64,000 nt of DNA from a virus (Duplodnaviria; Heunggongvirae; Uroviricota; Caudoviricetes), in the IMG/VR virus record IMGVR_UViG_3300031555_007715; one strand, given 5' to 3'. The notes below the pieces were generated by a model, which did no database searches, had not been told where the DNA came from, and worked only from the letters and a program-made list of their open reading frames with translations. Below, piece by piece: positions 8,657-18,966 of this stretch. Both the position numbers and the translations under genes were made by a program. Position 1 is the first letter of the stretch. Each line of letters opens with the position of its first letter.

Positions 8657-9163
8657 ATGAAAAAAACTTATATTGTTATTTTAATTCTTTCTACAATTTT
8701 AATTGGTTGTAAGGGAAAAACAGAAGATATAGAAAATTGGAATAGTGGTGTAGTTGGTGATATAGTAATAACTACTCCTACTCCAACATCCGAGCCAGTA
8801 TATATACCACCCATTGATGAGCCAGTTGTCACACAACAACCAACAGGGATACCTCAAGTTACACCAGAGTCACCACAAGAAGAAATTCCTGTTAAAGATG
8901 ATGAAATATACGTCGGAGGGGTTCGATTTTTTCCTATTGAAAAAGATTTTGTTTGTTGGGAAGAAATTTATTGTAAGCTTTTCCCTACAGAAAAAAGTGA
9001 CGATTGCATGATTTTACATAAAGGCGATATTATCACTTCTGAGGCAATATCATCAAATGGTGAATGGATTTGGTTTAAGATGTTAGAAACAGATGTGTTT
9101 ATTCAAACAAGATATTGTGTAAATTTAGATAGCATTAACAGAGAAGATGAGCTGAATAATTAA
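8657..9163 (+). CDS. lipoprotein with Pro/Thr-rich linker
   Basis: signal peptide with lipobox LIGC; RBS AGGAAGGGAG. Confidence 0.65.
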   Translation: MKKTYIVILILSTILIGCKGKTEDIENWNSGVVGDIVITTPTPTSEPVYIPPIDEPVVTQQPTGIPQVTPESPQEEIPVKDDEIYVGGVRFFPIEKDFVCWEEIYCKLFPTEKSDDCMILHKGDIITSEAISSNGEWIWFKMLETDVFIQTRYCVNLDSINREDELNN

Positions 9164-9167
9164 TATT

Positions 9168-9911
9168 ATGATAAGAAATATTTTTAAAAAAAATAAAATA
9201 AAAAAAATAGTGCCAAAAGCTTTTAATATATACTTTAAAGATGAGATAAATGAATGTGTAGGTATAAATGATATTGATATGATATGTATATCTGATACGC
9301 ATGGATGTTTATTAAATAAAGACGGAGAAGATTATAAAAGATTAGTTTTTGAATTGAATAATAAATGCGATGTAGTAATTTTACTTGGCGATATCAGAAA
9401 AGATGAGCTACGTATTATTTGCAATTTAGTTAATAGAAATTTTCCTATTATTGCAGTAAAGGGAAATCATGATGACTATAATCAATTTAATAATTTTGAT
9501 GATATTATAGATATTCATAATAACGTATTTGAAATTAAGGGAATAAAGTTTATTGGCATTCAAGGATGTGTTTCTCCTTATAAACTAAAATGTGATTCAT
9601 TATATATTACTCAAGAAGATTCATTAGAATTTTCAGAAAAAATGGAACATGCCAATGTTATAATTTCTCATGCCTGTCCATATGATAGAGACTGCAATTT
9701 AGATTCTAGTGCATATTCATATGATTGTCACATCGGATTATTAGGTACATTAAAATACTTTTATGATAATAGATGTTTTTTAAATTTGCATGGTCATAAT
9801 CATAATACATCAAAAGAAGATAATAAAAAGATGTTAAATAAAGGGTATAGTGTTTCTATTTATAAAATTGAAAGGGTAGTAATTCAGTCAAAAAAAATAA
9901 TAACATTTTAA
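9168..9911 (+). CDS. calcineurin-like metallophosphoesterase
   Basis: motifs D-x-H (ICISDTHG), GD (LLGDI), GNHD. Confidence 0.7.
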   Translation: MIRNIFKKNKIKKIVPKAFNIYFKDEINECVGINDIDMICISDTHGCLLNKDGEDYKRLVFELNNKCDVVILLGDIRKDELRIICNLVNRNFPIIAVKGNHDDYNQFNNFDDIIDIHNNVFEIKGIKFIGIQGCVSPYKLKCDSLYITQEDSLEFSEKMEHANVIISHACPYDRDCNLDSSAYSYDCHIGLLGTLKYFYDNRCFLNLHGHNHNTSKEDNKKMLNKGYSVSIYKIERVVIQSKKIITF

Positions 9912-9981
9912 AATTCAGATTGACAGATGTCCTAATATGTGCTATAATTAATTCATAAGTTAATTTATCAGTTATTGTGTT

Positions 9982-10054
9982 GGGGTATTAGCTCAGATGG
10001 TAGAGCACTTGACTTTTAATCAAGGAGTCACGGGTTCGAGTCCCGTATGCCTCA
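9982..10054 (+). tRNA. tRNA-Lys (anticodon UUU)
   Basis: acceptor GGGGTAT/ATGCCTC, D-arm GCTC-AGATGGTA-GAGC, anticodon stem CTTGA/TCAAG with loop CTTTTAA, T-arm ACGGG-TTCGAGT-CCCGT. Confidence 0.8.
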
Positions 10055-10124
10055 TTAGAGCAAATTATTTCTATCATTTTCGATTACTTTGTTTCTAACA
10101 ATGACTAAAAGAAGAGAACGGAGC

Positions 10125-10742
10125 TTAGTCAACGCCGTTCTCTTCTTTTTTTATAAATTTTTTTTCATTGAAATCGTAATATTCACAATATTCAATATTC
10201 TCATCAATTCTATATCTAATTATATTTTCAGCAATCAATCTATTGTCATCAAATATCTCAAATGCCGATATAAGAGAATCAGTTTCTATTTTAATATTAT
10301 TGATACAAGAAATAATATATGTCCAATCATAAATTGGTGGTTCATATTGATATGATAATTCTTCATTGAACCATTCCTCACATTTAAATCCGTTATTGTT
10401 TAACCAGCATGAAACTAAGTGTCTATGACAAAAAGCATCTGATTTTTCATAACATAACAAATATATATCTATATCTTTGTAATATTTATTAAACCCAGCA
10501 AGATTATAAATTTCATTTATAACTTCCTTTGCATTGAGATTATTGAGTATTTTAGAATTATAAGCTTTTACATAATTAATATTATTATTCAATTGCTTCC
10601 AGCTTGATAAAATTTCATTTGTTGGTGCTAATTTTGTATATCTAAGTCCTTTATAAAAAGATGGTACATTAAAACTGATTGCAATTATTATTGCATTTTT
10701 TGGTAATTGATTTATTTTTGCAAAATATGTTGTATATATCAT
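10125..10742 (-). CDS. hypothetical protein starting MIYTTYFAK; possibly DUF488-like
   Basis: start reset to the ATG after AAAAGGGAGG; family call from memory of the MIYTxGF/Y N-terminal pattern. Confidence 0.4.
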   Translation of the reverse strand: MIYTTYFAKINQLPKNAIIIAISFNVPSFYKGLRYTKLAPTNEILSSWKQLNNNINYVKAYNSKILNNLNAKEVINEIYNLAGFNKYYKDIDIYLLCYEKSDAFCHRHLVSCWLNNNGFKCEEWFNEELSYQYEPPIYDWTYIISCINNIKIETDSLISAFEIFDDNRLIAENIIRYRIDENIEYCEYYDFNEKKFIKKEENGVD

Positions 10743-10882
10743 TTGAATTACCTCCCTTTTAGTACATTCTATCACTTTATGTTATGATAAACAAAAACAC
10801 AAACAAGAACAATTGAGTGTTGCACTATGTTATATTTTGTGGTACAATATTATTATAAAATATAAAAGAAAGGGATGATATT

Positions 10883-11779
10883 GTGGGTTGTTGGAATGAG
10901 ACATGTGGGTTAAGCCATTTACCTATTAAATATAAAGAAGATGTTAGATTTGTTATATTATTTGAAGTAAATGGGCATAAAAGAAAAGAGGGTATTTATT
11001 ATAATGATGAGTATGCTCCTTTATGTTTGCCTATGAGTGGGAAATATAATGATTATGGTTCTATCGAAAATGTCGATATTGAGTTATCTATAACATTAGA
11101 ACTATTAAAAAATTTAAAGCTGTTTATTAAAAATGATGGATATGTTCCTTATGAGTTTGAAGATATTGAAAAATTTTTAGATGATATTGGTGGAGAAGAA
11201 ATCTATTTTTATTGTGGACACACATATTATCGATTAAGAATTATTATGTACCATAAATCATTATTTGATTTACTTGTAAATAGCTTTTCATCAAGAGTTC
11301 CGTATAATCATCAAAAAAAAGACACCATTAAACTTTTATGGAAAGATAGAATCAATAGACATTATGAAAAGTTTTTAAATTTAAAAGATGAGATTAAAGA
11401 TTGTACTGATAAGAATGAAATTGAAAAATATGAATCAATGTTATTATTTAGAGCATTACAAGAGCCTGTTTTTTCATCTTCACAGTACTCTTATAATTTC
11501 GTTCGGGAATATGAAAAATATATTTCTAATGAAAATTTTGATAAGTACAGTGATTTGTTAATTGATTATATAATGTTTACAGAATCTTTAGCGGTTGGTA
11601 GACAAGGATTTTTTTCACTTAGCGGTTCAGGTAGTCAAGATACAGAAATGTATGTACAAAAATTAATTGCTGAATGGTCTTTATCCTTTATTGAAAATGC
11701 AAGAAAAGATGAGGATTGGGATATTTTAGAAGATGATGACGATATAAAAGAAACAGTTTTTTGGTATGACAGGGGGTAA
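10883..11779 (+). CDS. hypothetical protein (GTG start)
   Basis: 298-aa ORF, first gene of a tightly packed plus-strand operon. Confidence 0.55.
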   Translation: MGCWNETCGLSHLPIKYKEDVRFVILFEVNGHKRKEGIYYNDEYAPLCLPMSGKYNDYGSIENVDIELSITLELLKNLKLFIKNDGYVPYEFEDIEKFLDDIGGEEIYFYCGHTYYRLRIIMYHKSLFDLLVNSFSSRVPYNHQKKDTIKLLWKDRINRHYEKFLNLKDEIKDCTDKNEIEKYESMLLFRALQEPVFSSSQYSYNFVREYEKYISNENFDKYSDLLIDYIMFTESLAVGRQGFFSLSGSGSQDTEMYVQKLIAEWSLSFIENARKDEDWDILEDDDDIKETVFWYDRG

Positions 11780-11782
11780 ATT

Positions 11783-12301
11783 ATGAAAAAAGCTTATAAA
11801 TTGTTTAGATTAAAAGACGGCAAGTTATATCCTTTATTTGTTGATACTTCTACAGAAATGCCTATCGGACAATGGTTAGAAGCAAAAGAAGGAGAAAAAA
11901 TTAATAATAAAGTGAAGTCAAAAATAGGACCATTATGTTTTAGACCAGGGTTTCACCTTTCTGATATTCCGTTAGCAATACATATCGGGGTAAAAGGTGA
12001 ATCGGGCGATATTGAGTTCATGCATAAGGACCATGTGTGGTGTGAATGCGAGTATGATGATAAATATAATTATCAGTCTATAGCAAATAATAATGGTACT
12101 AAAAATGGTAAGTTAAGCCCAAAATATGCTTATTTGGACTATATCCCTAAAAACGGATATTATAGATATAAAACCAGTCCGAATATGTTAGGAGAATGGA
12201 TAATTGCTGGCAATATCAAAGTTTTAAGGATATTATCTGATGAAGAGGTTGCTGAAATTTTAGTTAATAAGGGTTACACTCCTATGTTAAGAGAAAAATA
12301 A
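11783..12301 (+). CDS. hypothetical protein (172 aa)
   Basis: ORF 3 nt after the previous stop. Confidence 0.55.
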   Translation: MKKAYKLFRLKDGKLYPLFVDTSTEMPIGQWLEAKEGEKINNKVKSKIGPLCFRPGFHLSDIPLAIHIGVKGESGDIEFMHKDHVWCECEYDDKYNYQSIANNNGTKNGKLSPKYAYLDYIPKNGYYRYKTSPNMLGEWIIAGNIKVLRILSDEEVAEILVNKGYTPMLREK

Positions 12302-12389
12302 TTTTTGATATTATCATTTTGATATTTACAAAATTAATAAAAGGTGATATTATTAATATATAAAATAAATTATAAAGGAGTGACCGATT

Positions 12390-13097
12390 ATGAGGGAAAA
12401 ATTAAAAAATGAATTTTTGGGTTGGAAGAAAATTGAGGTGTTATGGTTACTTATTGCATGTGTTGTAATTACTGCCTTATCTATTTATTGGGGCGATACT
12501 CTTATGGGAATTATCTCTGCTACAACAGGAGTAGCTTGTGTTGTTTGCACGGCTAAAGGCAAGTTAAGTGCATATGTGTTTGGATTAGTTAATTGCGTGT
12601 TATATGCGATTATTGCTTTTAAAGCAAAGTATTATGGCGAAGTATGTCTTAATATTTTGTACTACGCTCCATTACAATTTTATGGATTTTATGTATGGCA
12701 AAAAAATATGAATAATGAAACACATGAAGTTAACAAGAAAAGAATGACAAATAAGTTAAGGCTTATTTTAGCCGCTGTTGTTATTATTGCAACTGTTGCG
12801 TATGGATATTTTCTTGATATTTTAGGCGGGGAGCTTCCATATGTTGATGCATTAAGTACAGTTGTATCTGTTGTAGCAATGATTATTTCTATTAAAATGT
12901 ATACAGAACAATGGGCATTATGGATTGTTGTCAATGTTGTTACTGTTATTATGTGGTGTGTTGCTTTCATCAATGGAAGTGATAGCGTTGCGACATTGTT
13001 AATGTGGATGGTTTATTTGTTAAATTCTGTATTTGCATTTATAAAATGGAAAAAGGAAACGGAAGGCACTAAAACTGTAAATGTTTTAAGGGGGTAA
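12390..13097 (+). CDS. pnuC: nicotinamide riboside transporter PnuC family
   Basis: 235-aa polytopic membrane protein with Trp-rich TMs typical of PnuC; lies directly upstream of a NadR-like gene. Confidence 0.6.
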   Translation: MREKLKNEFLGWKKIEVLWLLIACVVITALSIYWGDTLMGIISATTGVACVVCTAKGKLSAYVFGLVNCVLYAIIAFKAKYYGEVCLNILYYAPLQFYGFYVWQKNMNNETHEVNKKRMTNKLRLILAAVVIIATVAYGYFLDILGGELPYVDALSTVVSVVAMIISIKMYTEQWALWIVVNVVTVIMWCVAFINGSDSVATLLMWMVYLLNSVFAFIKWKKETEGTKTVNVLRG

Positions 13098-13101
13098 TGG
13101 T

Positions 13102-14124
13102 ATGTATAAAGTAGGTATGTACGGTGGCAATTTTGACCCTCTTCATATTGGACACTTAAACTGTATGATAACGGCTGCGTGTATGTGTGAAGAATTATAT
13201 ATTATTTTAAGTTATAGCGAAAAAAGAGATTATGTTCCTTTTAGGTTACGGTATCGATGGATTAAAAATTCTCTAAAACATATTGGTAACGTCAAGGTTA
13301 TTTGTGTTGCTGATAATGCTGAAACTAAAGAAAAATATGATGATGATTGTTGGCAAAAAGGAGCAAATCAGATTAAAGCATTAATTGGAAAACATATCGA
13401 TGTTGTTTTTTGTGGCAGTGACTATGAGGGGCAAAATAGATTTGAAAAACTTTATGACGAGTCCGAAATATATTATTTTTCTAGAAACGATATTCCTATT
13501 AGTTCTACTGAAATAAGGGCAAATCCTTTTAAGTATTGGGATTATATTCCGAATATTGCAAAGCCTTATTTTGTAAAAAAAGTATTAATTGTTGGCGGTG
13601 AATCTACAGGAAAAAGTGTTTTAGTTAAGAATTTAGCTGTTAATTATAACACTAACTTTGTAGAAGAAGTTGGCAGGAATACTTGTGAATATGCTGGTGG
13701 AGAAGAATACATGATAGCCGATGATATGATAGAAAATATCATCAAACAAAAATTGAATGTTGATGAAGCCATTAAAAATAGCAATAAAATAGTTTTTGTT
13801 GATACAGATGCACTAACCACTTTGTTTTATTGTAAGTTTTTGTTAGGCGAAGAATCTAGCAATTATAAAGAGTGTGAAAATCTTGCTAATGCTGTTAATT
13901 CTCTTAACAACTGGGATTTGGTTATTTTTTTAGAACCGACAGTTAAATTTGTTCAGGATGGAACACGAAGCAATGAAATTGAGGTGGATAGAATTAAATA
14001 TAGTAATCAGATTAAAGAACTTTTAAATCAAAATGGCATACAATTTATAACTATTGACGGTAACTATAAAGATAGATACATAAAGACGAAACAAGAAGTT
14101 GATAAATTATTAGGAGGTTTTTAA
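13102..14124 (+). CDS. nadR: NadR-like bifunctional NMN adenylyltransferase / ribosylnicotinamide kinase (no HTH domain)
   Basis: nucleotidyltransferase motif GGNFDPLHIGH at the N-terminus; P-loop VLIVGGESTGKS in the C-terminal half. Confidence 0.75.
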   Translation: MYKVGMYGGNFDPLHIGHLNCMITAACMCEELYIILSYSEKRDYVPFRLRYRWIKNSLKHIGNVKVICVADNAETKEKYDDDCWQKGANQIKALIGKHIDVVFCGSDYEGQNRFEKLYDESEIYYFSRNDIPISSTEIRANPFKYWDYIPNIAKPYFVKKVLIVGGESTGKSVLVKNLAVNYNTNFVEEVGRNTCEYAGGEEYMIADDMIENIIKQKLNVDEAIKNSNKIVFVDTDALTTLFYCKFLLGEESSNYKECENLANAVNSLNNWDLVIFLEPTVKFVQDGTRSNEIEVDRIKYSNQIKELLNQNGIQFITIDGNYKDRYIKTKQEVDKLLGGF

Positions 14125-14125
14125 T

Positions 14126-14650
14126 ATGTCTATAAAAAAATTACAAACCCAATTAGAAGCAGAAGCAAATAATTATGTTACAAAGTATGGATTAGATGAC
14201 ACTGAAAAGCAGGAATTGTTATTTATTGTAAATTCTTTTGTTAAATACTACAATAATGCTAATAGCAAAGGAAAATCTTTGTCTAAAATTTTAAGAGAAT
14301 TTAAGGATTCTGTTGATGTTTTAATTAGTGGAGTATTTGGCAGAGACTTTTCTAGTGATGCTGTTAATATTTTTGAAAAACTTCCTTCAATAAAGGAAAT
14401 GTATCAAAAAAGTGTTAAAGAATTAGAGAAAGAAATTGAAGAGCTTAATATTCAAAATGGAGAATTAAAAGCAGAAATTGAAGAGCTAAATAAGCTTAAA
14501 AATAAACTGGAAAAACAAAAAGAAGCTTATAAAAAGAAGGCGGAAGCCCAGTCTAATAGCGGCTATAGCGGCGGATATGGTAATTATAATTCTAACAGCT
14601 ATGGCGGCTGTGGTGGAGGAGTGAGTTATCGTGGGTATGGAAGTTGCTAG
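14126..14650 (+). CDS. coiled-coil protein with G/Y/S/N-rich Cys-containing C-terminal tail (SGYSGGYGNYNSNSYGGCGGGVSYRGYGSC)
   Basis: ORF overlaps the start of the downstream radical-SAM gene. Confidence 0.55.
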   Translation: MSIKKLQTQLEAEANNYVTKYGLDDTEKQELLFIVNSFVKYYNNANSKGKSLSKILREFKDSVDVLISGVFGRDFSSDAVNIFEKLPSIKEMYQKSVKELEKEIEELNIQNGELKAEIEELNKLKNKLEKQKEAYKKKAEAQSNSGYSGGYGNYNSNSYGGCGGGVSYRGYGSC

Positions 14651-15581
14651 AACAATTAAGATTTTTGATAAAGAGATTTCCATAAGAAAATATGGATGCA
14701 AAAATTTTTTAATGAAAGAACCCTTATATATAGAAAAACCACGAATTAATATTTTCGTTCAAGTTACTAATTATTGTAATGCAAATTGTCCATTTTGTAT
14801 TTATCATCATACTGATTTAGGCAAAGACGCATTTAATCTTAAAAAGTTTGAGGAAATATTGAATTACTTTGTTTCAAGGGAAGATATTGATATTGGGAAG
14901 CTTAATTTTACAGGGGGCGAACCAGTTTCTTCCCAATATTTTGATGACATTATTTGTGCTTGCATGGAAAGTCTTGATTATACAAGAAAGCCAGAAGTTA
15001 CATTAAACACAAATGGGTTAAATCTCGATAAGATTATTAAATATCAAGATTTTCTTGATAATGTTGGATTGAGCAGACATCACTATCAAGATAATAAAAA
15101 TTATGAAATTTTCAGGGACACCTCAATTGCGAGCGGTGAAGATATTAAAGAAATGATGTCTTGCATAGATGATTCAAACAAATGGAAAATGCAATTAAGG
15201 TGCAATCTTATTAATGGGTATATTTGTAATTATGATGCTATGATTAAATATCTTGAACATGCTATTGAATTAGGAGTTCATGATTGCGGGTTTGTTACTC
15301 TCGCTCCAAATAACAAATTCTGTGTTGAACATCAAATAGATTTTAACTCATTAGTGAAAATTAGCGAGAATTTAATTAAGACTAATGGGTGGAAAAGACT
15401 TGATGATAATAATCATGAAAGTGTTTATTGCGAATGTGCTAATTATATGTATAGCAACAAAGTGGGAGAAATATGTAAATTCTATGCAAGGCTATTTTGT
15501 AATAACGATAATATTGATAGTATTTTAGTATACGATGGTCAATATTTGAGACATGGATTTGGGGGAAGAATAATTTTATAA
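14631..15581 (+). CDS. radical SAM enzyme
   Basis: C-x3-C-x2-C motif NYCNANCPFC; extra C-terminal Cys cluster CECANYMYSN...C. GTG start at 14631, alternative ATG at 14637. Confidence 0.7.
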   Translation: MGMEVARTIKIFDKEISIRKYGCKNFLMKEPLYIEKPRINIFVQVTNYCNANCPFCIYHHTDLGKDAFNLKKFEEILNYFVSREDIDIGKLNFTGGEPVSSQYFDDIICACMESLDYTRKPEVTLNTNGLNLDKIIKYQDFLDNVGLSRHHYQDNKNYEIFRDTSIASGEDIKEMMSCIDDSNKWKMQLRCNLINGYICNYDAMIKYLEHAIELGVHDCGFVTLAPNNKFCVEHQIDFNSLVKISENLIKTNGWKRLDDNNHESVYCECANYMYSNKVGEICKFYARLFCNNDNIDSILVYDGQYLRHGFGGRIIL

Positions 15582-15691
15582 TAGGAATATCGTTGTTAGT
15601 TATTTGAAACTAATAACGATATTTTTTATATTTACATATATCATATAATGTGGTATAATAATAGTATAATAAAGAAAGGAAGTGTTAGTAT

Positions 15692-16570
15692 ATGGGTTGT
15701 GATATTCATTTAATTGTTCAAGTAAAGAAAGACGGTAAATGGGAATATGTCAAAGAGGTTCCCCACTCATTAATGAAAAGAAAATATAGTACTTTTGCGT
15801 TTTTAGCTGATGTTAGGAATGATTTTGATACTAAGGGATTTAAGCCGAAAGGATTGCCTGACGATTTAGGTGGATTTAAATATGCTTTCGTTTCTGAAAC
15901 CGAAAGGTATAAAGAAATTTATAACGAAAAAACTACAAAAAAGGTATTGTTACCTGATGGTACTTATATTTCTCCTACGGATATTAGCATTAGATGTGAA
16001 GTTGAGACGGAAGCAGAAGCAAGGGCATTCGGTAATTATTCTATTCAATATGCAGGAGATGTTAGACATTGCTATATTTTTGACCCCGCAGTAAGAAATG
16101 GCGTTGAAAAAGAAGTGCCGTATAAGGAATTAACAACTCTTGATGAGTTCTTGAAAGATTATGGTGAGGAATATTGGGATGAAGAAATGAAGGATTATGG
16201 GTACTGGGAAGTACACTTTGATTGTGAAGATTATCATTCCCATTCATGGCTTTCTCTTAAAGAATTGAAAGAATTTGATAAGTCTGATTATCTTTGTAGT
16301 AAGGTAAGAATTAGTTCTTACTTTTATGATAATTTCGTTAAAATGGGTGGAGTATTACCAGATGGAATGACAGTAGAACAACATTCACCAGACGATTTTG
16401 TAGATGTACTAAGACAAGCTTTTAACCCAGAAGTTATTGTTAAGTTTATGGATGATGAGAAAAAAGATGAGGCTCCTGTTATGAAGGGGATTAGAGAGCT
16501 AGAGGATATTTCTAAGTTATATAATGTTGCTGATGATTGTATTAGAATTGTTTTTGCCTTTGATAATTAA
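15692..16570 (+). CDS. hypothetical protein (292 aa)
   Basis: ORF with AAAGGAAG RBS. Confidence 0.55.
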   Translation: MGCDIHLIVQVKKDGKWEYVKEVPHSLMKRKYSTFAFLADVRNDFDTKGFKPKGLPDDLGGFKYAFVSETERYKEIYNEKTTKKVLLPDGTYISPTDISIRCEVETEAEARAFGNYSIQYAGDVRHCYIFDPAVRNGVEKEVPYKELTTLDEFLKDYGEEYWDEEMKDYGYWEVHFDCEDYHSHSWLSLKELKEFDKSDYLCSKVRISSYFYDNFVKMGGVLPDGMTVEQHSPDDFVDVLRQAFNPEVIVKFMDDEKKDEAPVMKGIRELEDISKLYNVADDCIRIVFAFDN

Positions 16571-16689
16571 TATATGATTTAATGCCCTTAAGTTTTTTAT
16601 AACTTGAGGGTATTTTTTCTTATAAGTATTGATTTTATTTTTGATATACATTATAATCGAATTATAGATTATAATGTGAGGTAAGATTT

Positions 16690-18234
16690 ATGAAGGATAA
16701 GATTTTAATACAAGACACAGTAACACATACAACCCAGAAAAGTATCGACAATATGTTTCTTAATAATAATATAGCAATAGATAACTATAAATACATGGAT
16801 TATACAGTTCAGTCCGTTTTATTAAGAGGAACAATATATGATATTCATTCTTTGTGGAATGAAAAAGCTAAAGCAAGAGAATCCTTTTTCATTGATGGAG
16901 AAAGTGAAGTAATTGGTATTCCTAACTTTTTTGTAAAAATTAATGGTGTATTTGAAGATAAAAAAAAGCAAAAGGAACTTGAAAAAATACTTACAGAAGA
17001 CTCTGTAGTGTTTAGAGATTTTCATGTTTGCGATGTGCATCATTTTCATCATGGTTCTATGAATACAAAAAATATATATGATTTCATAAAAGATGGTAAT
17101 TTTTCTATAGAAAAGATACAAAAATTTATTAATATGGTTTGTGAATATAAAGATTATTTTAAATATGAGCAAAATATAATTAATAATTTAAATAAATCTG
17201 TGGTCAATAATATTGTACATGCATTAAATGTATTTTATAAAGCAATAAGAAAAGAAATTTGGAAGTCTCTTGATGATTATAATGAAGAATATTTGAATTT
17301 TATTTTAAGCGTTATTTTTATGAAAGATGATATTATAAGTCAAGTTAATAAATGGGACTACTCATCTTCTGTTCCTAAAATAGTTATTTATGATGAGTAT
17401 GTTTCTGAAAAAGGAAATATTTCTGATTATTTAATGGTTGACTTTTTAAATTATATTGGGTTAGACATTGCTATTATTTGTCCGTCAGCGAGAAGCAGTA
17501 TTGAATTATTTGAGTTTTCTTTAAATGATTCGTATTTAACAAGATTGGTTTTGGATAAATTTTTAGAACCTAGTAAAGTATCGTATGAAGACAAATGTGT
17601 AAGAAAAGGCATAATAACTGTTATATCGGCTATTGCGGGTATTGTTATTGTTATATGTTTAATTATAAAGGCACTACAGCCTGTTATTGAGCAACGAAAA
17701 GAAGATAAAAGAATGGCTCATATAGATAGCGTTGAATTAATGATAGATAATATAGGTGAAGTGACCTTAGATAAACATGATGTAATTTTTAATACATATA
17801 CTGAATATGAAAAATTGGTTGAGGAAGATAAATTACTTGTTGATAATAAAAATGTATTAATAGATGCTGTTGATAAGTATTATGCTTTAGATAATGAAAG
17901 TAAAATAAAAGAAAAAATTCAGACAATAATAAAAGATATTGATGGTTTAAGTACATATAACGATGAGAACGTAAGTATTTATAGTTATGCAAAAGATATA
18001 AATGATAGATATGAGTCATTATCAGCTCCAGAAAAAGAACTTGTAACTAATTATGAAGTATTAAAAGAATTTATTAATAGTGATGAATATGTGTCACATA
18101 CATCACCCTTTGGAACATTGGCTGGAAGTTTGAGTGATATTAGTAGTTTAGTATTTAGAATTTTAATAATGACTCTTGCTTTTTCAGTAGTTTTTACGGG
18201 GTTTGGTATTATCAGGAGAATGATGGAAAGATAA
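16690..18234 (+). CDS. hypothetical protein with C-terminal TM segments and a His-rich patch (DVHHFHHG)
   Basis: 514-aa ORF. Confidence 0.6.
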   Translation: MKDKILIQDTVTHTTQKSIDNMFLNNNIAIDNYKYMDYTVQSVLLRGTIYDIHSLWNEKAKARESFFIDGESEVIGIPNFFVKINGVFEDKKKQKELEKILTEDSVVFRDFHVCDVHHFHHGSMNTKNIYDFIKDGNFSIEKIQKFINMVCEYKDYFKYEQNIINNLNKSVVNNIVHALNVFYKAIRKEIWKSLDDYNEEYLNFILSVIFMKDDIISQVNKWDYSSSVPKIVIYDEYVSEKGNISDYLMVDFLNYIGLDIAIICPSARSSIELFEFSLNDSYLTRLVLDKFLEPSKVSYEDKCVRKGIITVISAIAGIVIVICLIIKALQPVIEQRKEDKRMAHIDSVELMIDNIGEVTLDKHDVIFNTYTEYEKLVEEDKLLVDNKNVLIDAVDKYYALDNESKIKEKIQTIIKDIDGLSTYNDENVSIYSYAKDINDRYESLSAPEKELVTNYEVLKEFINSDEYVSHTSPFGTLAGSLSDISSLVFRILIMTLAFSVVFTGFGIIRRMMER

Positions 18235-18271
18235 AAATATCGGGCTGGTTAGTTTTAACCAGCCCTTATTG

Positions 18272-18943
18272 TTATTTCGTTGATTTCGACGAATTGTTAT
18301 TGTTTTTTTCCTTTTTATTGTTGAACCCGACAACCATCATCATTGCGGAGATGTTGTCAATATCAGTATCACCGTTAACAGTAACAGTTGTACTGCCAAT
18401 AATATCTTTTTTGATATCAAATATCTTGTTGTCTTCGTTATCTCTAATAGTAGCATTACCAAACAGAGAAAACAGATTTGTTTTTAACGTTCCCAATTTT
18501 GTATCAGAGCCGCTATAAATATTATAGTCTTTTTTTACGGACAACTTATATGAGATATACGACAATACTTTATTATCGATGTCAACAACTTTCCATGTAC
18601 TTGCCATCAAGTGAAAATCTTCGTTCGTTTTAAATAAATCATTCCCATTGATAGAAGTAAACGTATACGTTTTGTTGAAGAAAAGATAAAACATATCGCT
18701 TTTGATTGTTCCGAGCTTTTTTCCATCTACAACAACGCTGTATGTTTCAGTTAGTGACGGCTTGTCTCTGTGAAGATAAACTTCATCAGCAGAATTAATC
18801 ATACTGATAATCTCTTCATCAGTAACGTTTTCAGCTACTTCATAATCGCTTGTTACTGCCGACACAATCCAGCCAAAGGCAAAAATGATAAATATGACAG
18901 CAAGAGCAACAATATACAGTAGGTATTTTCTGATACTCTTCAT
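18272..18943 (-). CDS. membrane-anchored protein (N-terminal TM, beta-rich ectodomain)
   Basis: start reset to MKSIRKYL after AAAGGAGGG. Confidence 0.55.
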   Translation of the reverse strand: MKSIRKYLLYIVALAVIFIIFAFGWIVSAVTSDYEVAENVTDEEIISMINSADEVYLHRDKPSLTETYSVVVDGKKLGTIKSDMFYLFFNKTYTFTSINGNDLFKTNEDFHLMASTWKVVDIDNKVLSYISYKLSVKKDYNIYSGSDTKLGTLKTNLFSLFGNATIRDNEDNKIFDIKKDIIGSTTVTVNGDTDIDNISAMMMVVGFNNKKEKNNNNSSKSTK

Positions 18944-18966
18944 AATGTGGTTCCCTCCTTTGTAAA

